DNA of 64,000 bases from a virus (taxonomy: Duplodnaviria > Caudoviricetes): IMG/VR virus record IMGVR_UViG_3300027566_000003. One strand, given 5' to 3'. Within the stretch, counting starts at the first letter, position 1; the number at the start of each line of letters is the position of its first letter. The notes below the pieces were generated by a model. The model saw only the letters and a list, made by a program, of their open reading frames with translations, was not told where the DNA came from and did not search any database. Of the stretch, positions 41,312 to 49,148 are shown one piece after another. The position numbers and the translations under genes are program-made.

Positions 41312-41411
41312 AAAACACATTTCATTCCAATACACCATTTTTAAGACCCTTTAATATCAATGGTTTCAGAGAATCGCCAACCTTGGCGATTTAAATATTT
41401 ACACCAGATTG

Positions 41412-41443
41412 AAATCCTCTCTATTTTTAGAAGAGGATTTTTA
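41412..41443 (+). terminator. Intrinsic terminator after recombinase
   Basis: AAATCCTCT/AGAGGATTT stem plus T tail. Confidence 0.7.
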
Positions 41444-41563
41444 TGTGCTGTAAATCGCACTAAACACTAGCAGGAGTAATGGCTTAATTACCCATTATCA
41501 AAGGGTACTCTCCCCTATCCTGCTAGTCAATATCTTTTAGTGAGAGTAAAATAAGAAAGAGAG

Positions 41564-43537
41564 ATGATATTAATAATGATTAATTACAAAGAATTTCTAG
41601 AGCAAATGGAACTTGAAACAAAGAAAAATCATGTAATAGAAGCAGTAAACTTGACAATTAAGGACTTGGCAGAATATAATGTAATTGTACCAGAAGATAG
41701 TGAATATTACAAAGGATTAAGCCAATTACTTTATTATATAATGTTTTACCCGTTACCTAATAAGAAAGCAATTATTAACTTTCCTACGGGTTGTGGTAAA
41801 TCAACTGCTATGAATGCAGGAATTTCCTATATGTTAAGAAATAAAATATTACAACCATACGCAGGAACAATAATATTAAAACTTACAAAAGATGATTGTA
41901 ATGAAACAGTTAGAGAAATCAATAAGAAAGCAAAATTAGATTTAGCATATGCATATCACTCTGGATTTGATAAACTAAACAATAGAAAAAGAAGTGATAT
42001 TTCTAATGATGAACTAAAAGAATATCCAGTAATTGTATTAACTCATAGTGGATATTTACAACTTATTGACAAAGATGATATAAATAAACTATGTGAATGG
42101 TCTGATAAAAGAATTAATACAAAGCGTGGAAAATATAATACATATTATAGGGAGAGATTAATTGTGGATGAAGCAATTAATAATGTTCAATTTATGACAG
42201 TTACAATGAAGTCAATTTCTGATATGGAAAATGCAATCATGAATATGGGAAACGAAGATATTTATGATAGATTTAATGGATTCGTGACCAAAATCAAGAA
42301 AGAATTTTTGAAATCGTATGACACGAAGAAGAACAGTGTATTCTTTTGCGAGTTCGACAATATCGAAGTACCAGATGGGTTAGATGAGTTATTTTTCTCT
42401 TGTAAAGATAAACAAGCCAAAGACTCATATATGGCAATAAGAACAATGTTAGCAACTGGTGGTTATGTAAATATTCATGAGGATATTAAGTATAAATCAA
42501 TCATCACCTACAAGTACATAGATATTAATAATCCATATTTCCATAAAGTAACATTAGATGCTACATCAGGAATTAATTATCTATATGAAATTGATAGCAA
42601 TTCAGAAGTAAGAGATTTGCCGCAAATAAAATCTTATAAGAATATGCATCTAAATATATTTAATGGAGTCACCGGATCATCTGCTTCAATGAAAAAAGGA
42701 TTAGAAGATGGATTGTTAGATGCAATCATTGAAGATATTAAGAGTAAGATTATTGGGGAAGAGAAAGTTTTGATTGTAACTAATAGTGAAGAACGAGATA
42801 AAATGATTATTGAAGCATTAAAGGGATATGAAAAATTAGACCAAATTGATGTCACCCACTATGGACGTACAGTAGGGAGTAATAAATGGAGTGATTTTGA
42901 CAAAATATTTGTATTAGGGATTCAATTGTTACCAGATGCAATATATCCTTTAATGTATTTCACTAGTTCTGTAAAAGAAGAAGAATTAACAGCAGAGAAA
43001 TTTAATTCATTAGATACTACTCTTGTTCCAATAAAAGGCAATAGAAAATACAAACAAAAAGAATTTGAGAAAGTTAAAGTGTCTACTATTTCTGCAATGG
43101 TTGTGCAAACTTTAAACAGAATCAAATGTAGAGGTTATGCAGATGGAGAAATTCCTGAGACCCACGCCTATTTCATAAATCGTGATAAAGAGATAGATGC
43201 TCTCATTGCCCAAGCGATGCCAGATATTCAAATTACGTATAATTGGGGAATTGAATATAAGTCAAGAAAAAGTGGAAAAACAGTAGAGAACAAGAAGGAT
43301 GTTGTTGAGACATTAATTGAATTCTATGAGAAATTTAGACTTGACGAAAATTATAGAAATAAATTATTTGTCGATGAAATTTTTACTGAAAAAGGATTAA
43401 GTAAAGCAAAAATAAAAGAATTATTAGATATTAAGACAAATACTTTTAATATTTCTATGAGTAAACCTTTGATGTTGCAATATGTAAAAGATTATAATAT
43501 TGATTTAATCTCTAATAATAGATATGTAAAATTTTAA
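41564..43537 (+). CDS. SF2 helicase-like protein, candidate replication initiator
   Basis: PTGCGKST, IVDEA, LDATS, HYGRTVGSN and QTLNRIKCR motifs. Confidence 0.75.
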   Translation: MILIMINYKEFLEQMELETKKNHVIEAVNLTIKDLAEYNVIVPEDSEYYKGLSQLLYYIMFYPLPNKKAIINFPTGCGKSTAMNAGISYMLRNKILQPYAGTIILKLTKDDCNETVREINKKAKLDLAYAYHSGFDKLNNRKRSDISNDELKEYPVIVLTHSGYLQLIDKDDINKLCEWSDKRINTKRGKYNTYYRERLIVDEAINNVQFMTVTMKSISDMENAIMNMGNEDIYDRFNGFVTKIKKEFLKSYDTKKNSVFFCEFDNIEVPDGLDELFFSCKDKQAKDSYMAIRTMLATGGYVNIHEDIKYKSIITYKYIDINNPYFHKVTLDATSGINYLYEIDSNSEVRDLPQIKSYKNMHLNIFNGVTGSSASMKKGLEDGLLDAIIEDIKSKIIGEEKVLIVTNSEERDKMIIEALKGYEKLDQIDVTHYGRTVGSNKWSDFDKIFVLGIQLLPDAIYPLMYFTSSVKEEELTAEKFNSLDTTLVPIKGNRKYKQKEFEKVKVSTISAMVVQTLNRIKCRGYADGEIPETHAYFINRDKEIDALIAQAMPDIQITYNWGIEYKSRKSGKTVENKKDVVETLIEFYEKFRLDENYRNKLFVDEIFTEKGLSKAKIKELLDIKTNTFNISMSKPLMLQYVKDYNIDLISNNRYVKF

Positions 43538-43936
43538 TCAGACTGAAAAGTGTGGTTATTCTATTTATATATACAGTGAACCACACTTTTCAGTTATATG
43601 ATTTAGTAAAAATAACCAATAACAATATAAATAAATTAAAATAACATATCCATGAAGTAATTTTGGTGACAACCAAAATTGCGTAATGAAAAGCTCCGCA
43701 GGATACTAAGCAAAATAAATTAACAAAAATCTTAACATAAATATAATTAAAATAATTTCCAGACATTCGTCAAAGGGGAACGAATGGTCATTCGCAAGCT
43801 CATTCCCTCCCAAATTTTCGCTATCGCTCAATTTGGGGTATATTATTTGATTTATTTATTCTATCTTGATATTTCCTCCTTCACCTCTCTCCATTTATCG
43901 CCTATTCAAAAGACTAATAGAAAAGGAGCTAAAAAT

Positions 43937-44155
43937 ATGACATTTGAAGAATGTTGTACAATATCTATTGATAATGAAGAATTAATACAAGAATTTAATA
44001 GACTAACAGGACATAAATTAGGAATGTCAAGAACTCCAATTCAAAAACTAATTGATGATTCATGTAATTACAATCCAGATAAAGAAGCTATTCCAGATTT
44101 TTGTCGCTTTGTTTTTAAGTCAATTTGGACACCTTTGGTAGATATGGATAATTAG
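43937..44155 (+). CDS. Small hypothetical protein
   Basis: ATG 43937 after AAAGGAG. Confidence 0.7.
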   Translation: MTFEECCTISIDNEELIQEFNRLTGHKLGMSRTPIQKLIDDSCNYNPDKEAIPDFCRFVFKSIWTPLVDMDN

Positions 44156-44173
44156 GATTTTTATAATAAAAAA

Positions 44174-44199
44174 AGAGACTCTATCCCACTAGAGTCTCT
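44174..44199. terminator. Terminator between convergent genes
   Basis: AGAGACTCTA/TAGAGTCTCT 10-bp stem. Confidence 0.7.
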
Positions 44200-44255
44200 A
44201 AAAACTAATATTTTATTTATCTATTTATTATATCCCACTTTATCTTCACCTTATA

Positions 44256-45068
44256 TCACCCAAACACAACCAAACCATTCTCCCTCCTATCCAACAACAA
44301 ATCATAAATATAATCAATCCCAATAGTCTTGACTCTTGTTTGCTCATTATCAATATCATCTCTATTGTCAACACTTTCATGATTAATATTAAAATAATTT
44401 TCAAATCCTACATTTGGCAAATTCCTATATCTGCCATTGGTTTTATTTTTACTAAGAATTCCACAATCTCTAAGAATACTTGTTAATGATTTCTTATTAA
44501 CTTTGATTCTACTTCCCTTCTCTTCGCTTCTAGTACTTATCATTTTAGAAACTTGTTCAAATGTATAGGTACCTTCAGCGTCAAGAAACACTCCATATTT
44601 GTCTAATTTTGGTTGTGCTTCTTGCAATTGTTGTTCTACGATTAACCGTTTTTGCCTCTCATCTTTGAGCTGTGTGGCTAACTGGATTATAAAGTCGGGA
44701 TCATTTAATGTTTTTTCAATTACTTCCTCTGACATATAAGTACCATGTTTACGAATTGTAGGTAATACAATATCAAATACCCATGATTCAAATTTTTCTG
44801 CTTCTGGCAAAATACTTCCTGCTATAAGTCTATAAATATCTCCTTCTGGTATAAGATTTATTTCAATTCCATTAACTTTTAACCCGTTACATTTTGTAAC
44901 GCCTTTGCATTTTCTTGATAATGTAGTTCTCCATCCACCTTCAGAATACCCTAAAGCTTTTAAGACATCATTGGCTACTGTGTATGGTTTACCATCTATT
45001 TCGGTTACTCTTAATTGTCCAAATTGTTCGCTCATAAATACTTGTAATTCATTTGTCATTGTTAACAT
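44256..45068 (-). CDS. BRO-N/ANT antirepressor
   Basis: FGQLRVTEIDGKPY, AEKFESWVFDIVLPTIRKHGTY and QPKLDKY. Confidence 0.92.
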   Translation of the reverse strand: MLTMTNELQVFMSEQFGQLRVTEIDGKPYTVANDVLKALGYSEGGWRTTLSRKCKGVTKCNGLKVNGIEINLIPEGDIYRLIAGSILPEAEKFESWVFDIVLPTIRKHGTYMSEEVIEKTLNDPDFIIQLATQLKDERQKRLIVEQQLQEAQPKLDKYGVFLDAEGTYTFEQVSKMISTRSEEKGSRIKVNKKSLTSILRDCGILSKNKTNGRYRNLPNVGFENYFNINHESVDNRDDIDNEQTRVKTIGIDYIYDLLLDRRENGLVVFG

Positions 45069-45264
45069 ATTATTTATTACCTCTTTCTTTTAATTAATTA
45101 TTTTTGTATTTATTGATTATGATTATGATAATTTTATGATCATGTTTTATCACATATGTAAAATCCACATTCAAGTATCATCTCTGATTTTGTTAGAACA
45201 TCTAAAGTTTTTATTTTTATCTATAATCATATCCATTATAATCCCACTCCTCCTTCCCTAAGTA

Positions 45265-45293
45265 AGTATATAATAAAATTTTCCATATGTCAA
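45265..45293 (-). promoter_or_regulatory. SigA-type promoter (leftward)
   Basis: TTGACA-17 bp-TATACT on the minus strand. Confidence 0.8.
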
Positions 45294-45313
45294 TAAGAGC
45301 AAAAATAAAATAT

Positions 45314-45342
45314 TTGACATATGTGGCACTAAAGTGTAATAT
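45314..45342 (+). promoter_or_regulatory. SigA-type promoter (rightward)
   Basis: TTGACA-17 bp-TAATAT. Confidence 0.65.
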
Positions 45343-45482
45343 AATATTGTTGGTGGTAGGATTATTTGTTTATTATTATTCCTTCTCCTGATTTGATTCT
45401 GTTGTAGATACATATGTTTGAAGTTTTGATGAGCATATGAGGGTTGTGGTATAATGGTAGTAGGATAAGGAGTGGTTGGGAT

Positions 45483-45767
45483 ATGGATAAAAGTGTAGAC
45501 AATTTAAATCATAAAGATTTAAAAGTTTATTGTAATAGAGGGCAAATCAATAAAAAAATGGACGGAAGAAGAATTCAATGGTTAGTTGAAAAGTTAAAAA
45601 ATTATGGAATAATTATAGAATACAAAGCTCTTGTTCAATTACTTAATAATCGTAGTGAATGGAAATTAATATATGCTATCGGGCTGTGCTATGTTTTTCA
45701 ATCAAAAATTGGTGACTTATTTTTTTTGGATAGTGAAGGGGAAATTATAGATATTGATTTTGTATAA
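45483..45767 (+). CDS. Putative HTH (Cro/CI-like) regulator
   Basis: LVQLLNNRSEWKLIYAIGLCYVFQSKIGDLF resembles the end of an XRE HTH domain; start uncertain. Confidence 0.55.
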   Translation: MDKSVDNLNHKDLKVYCNRGQINKKMDGRRIQWLVEKLKNYGIIIEYKALVQLLNNRSEWKLIYAIGLCYVFQSKIGDLFFLDSEGEIIDIDFV

Positions 45768-45774
45768 TTGGATA

Positions 45775-45803
45775 TTGACAATATCCATGTACTCCTGTAT
45801 ACT
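45775..45803 (+). promoter_or_regulatory. SigA-type promoter
   Basis: TTGACA-17 bp-TATACT. Confidence 0.8.
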
Positions 45804-45857
45804 ATTATTAAGTTAAGGTAAACAAATCAATCATCCTTAACAAATTAGTATAGAGGA

Positions 45858-46505
45858 GTGTTTGTGATGAGAAAACAACCTAAAGAATTATCCTACGACG
45901 ATAAAATGGAATTAGATTTACTTGAAAATTTAGAATTCAGAACATGTCATTTGTGTAATGAGATTAGACTCAATGGAGATATTCATATTTCTTGGGCAGA
46001 TTTGTGTAGTATCCTTTCTCCTTCCGATCCAAGCAAAATAGCTGATAAGATTTTTGCTCATATCAACAAAATGAAAATGTTTAATAGTGATTTATATCAT
46101 GAAATTTATGACGCAATTTATGATATTGGGAATGTCGAGAAAGACGGAGATAAATTTTATAATTGCGATGTGTTGTGGATTAGTTCTATAAGTCATATTA
46201 TTTATGAGAATTTTAGAGAACAATGGAAGATTATTATTAAGATAATGCATGAGATACATAGAGAATATGGTGGGAGTTTTGATTTAGGTTTCTTGTTTAG
46301 AGAAACTATTTTAACCATGAGAGAAAAATGTTTGATTGGTGATGATTTGTTTACTTGTGAATATGAGTATAAGAAGTGTAAGGGTGATGGTGAGGATAAT
46401 AAGGATGAAATAGATAAGGTTTATGAGGATTATTATGGGGAGGAAGAATATGATTGTGGGTTTGAAGATTTAGAATTTGTGAGTGATAAGAGGATTTTGC
46501 ATTAA
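45858..46505 (+). CDS. Hypothetical protein
   Basis: 215-aa ORF downstream of the promoter. Confidence 0.7.
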   Translation: MFVMRKQPKELSYDDKMELDLLENLEFRTCHLCNEIRLNGDIHISWADLCSILSPSDPSKIADKIFAHINKMKMFNSDLYHEIYDAIYDIGNVEKDGDKFYNCDVLWISSISHIIYENFREQWKIIIKIMHEIHREYGGSFDLGFLFRETILTMREKCLIGDDLFTCEYEYKKCKGDGEDNKDEIDKVYEDYYGEEEYDCGFEDLEFVSDKRILH

Positions 46506-46584
46506 TGGGTAGATTGTGATTATTCTGGCTTGATATTATGGGGAGTTTATTCTCCCCTCAAATTAAATGAAAGGTGGTGAATAT

Positions 46585-48027
46585 ATGTCAAACTTTGTTT
46601 TAACTCTACCATTAAAAACCGAAACATATCAAGAAGATATTTTAAGTAAGCGTTTTGAAATTGGGAGAAAAATGTATAATGCTTGTTTAAATGAATTATA
46701 TAAGCGTTACAATACATTAAGACAATCAAAAGAGTACCAAAAAGTTTGTAAAATGACAAAAGGTAAAGAACGGAATAAGCAGTTTCAAGCATTAAACAAC
46801 AAATACGGTTTGACAGAATATTCACTACATGATTTTGTTAAACCTATGCAACATAAATACAAGAAAAACATTGATGCATTTACTTCGCAAAAAGTAGCTA
46901 CAAGATGTTTCTCGGCATTTCAAGGCTTAATGTTTCATACAGCTAAAAAAGTTGGTTATAAATCTTATAATGATTTAGATTCTTTAGAAGGAAAATCAAA
47001 TGGTACTGGAATAAGATTTATAGACAATGTGCTATTGTGGAATGGATTAAAAATATCTGTAGTAATTAAAAAGAATGATACTTATGCTAAAATGTCTTTA
47101 GAAAATAAAATAAAGTATTGTCGTATTGTACGTAAAATGATAAAAGGGAAAAATCATTATTATATTCAGTTGATTTTAGATGGTATTCCTCCAATGAAGA
47201 TAACTAAACAAGGTGAAATTAAAGGGAGTATAGGCAAGGGTAATGTAGGAATTGATATTGGAACGCAAACAATTGCTTATAGTAGTCAATATCAAGTCAA
47301 ACTTCTAGAACTAGCACCAAACATCAATAAAATTGATAGAGAAGTTAAATTACTCCAGCGTAAAATGGACAGATCGAGAAGAGCAACAAATCTTAATAAA
47401 TTCAATGATAATGGTACTATAATTAAAGGCAATAAAGATAAATGGGTTTATAGTAACCATTACATTAAAATTAAGAACGCTAGAAAAGAATTATTTAGGA
47501 AACAATCTGCACTTAGAAAGCAGTCTCACAATATTTTAGCAAATGAGATCATTAATTTAGGCGATAAATTCTATGTTGAAAATATGAGTTATTCTGGATT
47601 GCAGAAAAGAAGTAAAAAAACTACTAATAAGAAAAATGGAAAGTTTAATAAGAAGAAGAGATTTGGTAAATCATTAGCGAATAAAGCACCTTCAATGTTC
47701 TTAACAATCTTGGACAATAAACTTAAATGGAATGACACCCAATTGTATAAAATTGATACAGTAAAAATTAAAGCAAGTCAATATAATCATATTGATGATG
47801 TTTATGTCAAAAAGGACTTGTCAGAAAGATGGAATGATTTTAGTGAATTTAAGATTCAAAGGGATTTATATTCAGCATTTCTGATAATGAGTGTGAATAA
47901 TGATATGGAAACAATTAATAGAGATTCGTGTTTTGAGAAGTTTAATGAGTTTAAAGTGTTGCACGATATTGAGGTTGAAAGATTAAGAAGTTTGGATTTA
48001 AGTAAAGCATTAAGAAATGTAATCTAA
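46585..48027 (+). CDS. tnpB: TnpB-family RNA-guided nuclease (long, no Cys zinc finger)
   Basis: RuvC residues GIDIG, YVEN and QRDLYSA are present; start at ATG after GAAAGGTGG. Confidence 0.88.
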   Translation: MSNFVLTLPLKTETYQEDILSKRFEIGRKMYNACLNELYKRYNTLRQSKEYQKVCKMTKGKERNKQFQALNNKYGLTEYSLHDFVKPMQHKYKKNIDAFTSQKVATRCFSAFQGLMFHTAKKVGYKSYNDLDSLEGKSNGTGIRFIDNVLLWNGLKISVVIKKNDTYAKMSLENKIKYCRIVRKMIKGKNHYYIQLILDGIPPMKITKQGEIKGSIGKGNVGIDIGTQTIAYSSQYQVKLLELAPNINKIDREVKLLQRKMDRSRRATNLNKFNDNGTIIKGNKDKWVYSNHYIKIKNARKELFRKQSALRKQSHNILANEIINLGDKFYVENMSYSGLQKRSKKTTNKKNGKFNKKKRFGKSLANKAPSMFLTILDNKLKWNDTQLYKIDTVKIKASQYNHIDDVYVKKDLSERWNDFSEFKIQRDLYSAFLIMSVNNDMETINRDSCFEKFNEFKVLHDIEVERLRSLDLSKALRNVI

Positions 48028-48248
48028 CAATTAAATAACGGTTTAGAAACGAGCCGTATGCTATCGTTAATTTGACCAATGGGTTGATTGATAGTGAAAT
48101 TCTTATGGAAAATGATTAGTGTTTATATGTTGTAAAATACAGATGAAATGTAATGCCTGTAAATGAGAGTATTAAAGAAAATTATTTAGTACATAAGAAC
48201 CCCATGCCTTTAGGCGTGGGAGTTTCAGATCTAGAGGCCAAGATTATA
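48028..48248 (+). ncRNA. omegaRNA scaffold, IS200/IS605-type right end and guide
   Basis: Hairpin ACGGTT/AGCCGT, then CCCATGCC-TTTA-GGCGTGGG (48201-48220) followed by TTCA(G). Confidence 0.7.
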
Positions 48249-48370
48249 TATTTAAACGGTTAGAAAAACTCAAAAAGAAAGACTTGCAATTACAGCAAGC
48301 CAATTAAGAATTCATGCAAATTAAGTATATCACAGATTCATAAAGTAATCTATAAAAGGAGGAAATTTAT

Positions 48371-48499
48371 ATGGACGATAAAGAAAATTTTTTATCTGAA
48401 ATTAAAATGATGATTGAGTTGGATGAGATGTTAAGATTTAATCAGATATTCTTTAACAGTGTTAAAGAACAAATATTAATATCAAATTTAATGTCGTGA
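48371..48499 (+). CDS. 42-aa ORF upstream of vapD
   Basis: AAAGGAGG RBS, ATG to TGA; not in the supplied ORF track. Confidence 0.5.
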   Translation: MDDKENFLSEIKMMIELDEMLRFNQIFFNSVKEQILISNLMS

Positions 48500-48584
48500 G
48501 TATTTTGATTTTAAATTGGAAATACTGTTGATATATGGAAAGGAAGGTGATATGATGTTTAAAAAGATTAAGGGAGGAAAATCA

Positions 48585-48881
48585 ATGTATGCTATTGCTT
48601 TTGATTTAGATACACAAATTTTAAGTGAAAACTATGATAAACAACATTATAACAACGCATACAACGAGATTAAGCTTTATTTGTCAAGTAAAGGTTTTGA
48701 CCGACAGCAAGGTAGTGTTTATTTTGGTAATGAATCAATTGATGCCGTAAAAACTGTTTTAGTTGTTCAAGGTTTGGCAAGGAAATATCCATGGTTCGCT
48801 CCATCTGTAAAAGATATTCAGATGTTGAGAATTGAAGAGAATGGTGATTTGTTACCAGCTATTTTAGGAGCTAATGATTAG
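48585..48881 (+). CDS. vapD: VapD (Cas2-like fold) nuclease
   Basis: MYAIAFDLD, GFDRQQGSVY, WFAPSVKDIQMLRIEE. Confidence 0.92.
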   Translation: MYAIAFDLDTQILSENYDKQHYNNAYNEIKLYLSSKGFDRQQGSVYFGNESIDAVKTVLVVQGLARKYPWFAPSVKDIQMLRIEENGDLLPAILGAND

Positions 48882-48913
48882 ATTAGAGGTTAATAATTTA
48901 ATAGTTTGTTTTT

Positions 48914-48941
48914 AAAAGAACCTAGATTTCTAGGTTCTTTT
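48914..48941 (+). terminator. Intrinsic terminator after vapD
   Basis: AAAAGAACCTAG/CTAGGTTCTTTT. Confidence 0.8.
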
Positions 48942-49148
48942 ATTATGCCCAAATTTAATATTGATAGTTTTAGCAGACCTTTGGACGCTCTGGTTTGCTA
49001 TTAAATAAGCAACAATCTGCAATTGCAATGCAGTAGAAGGGAATACACTCCTCCCTTCTTTTTTTTGTTGCCTTTTTATATGGAATTGTTTGGAGTGTGG
49101 GTTTAGTAATGAGTAAGAATATAAAATTTGAAGGAGTGCTGGAATTAT

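Noticed and set aside
45171-45236. Short minus-strand ORF with strong RBS upstream of BRO
   Set aside because: Only 21 codons, with no supporting motif, so it cannot be called a gene.
48585-48881. cas2 or a CRISPR locus
   Set aside because: The sequence matches VapD motifs, and there is no array or other cas gene.
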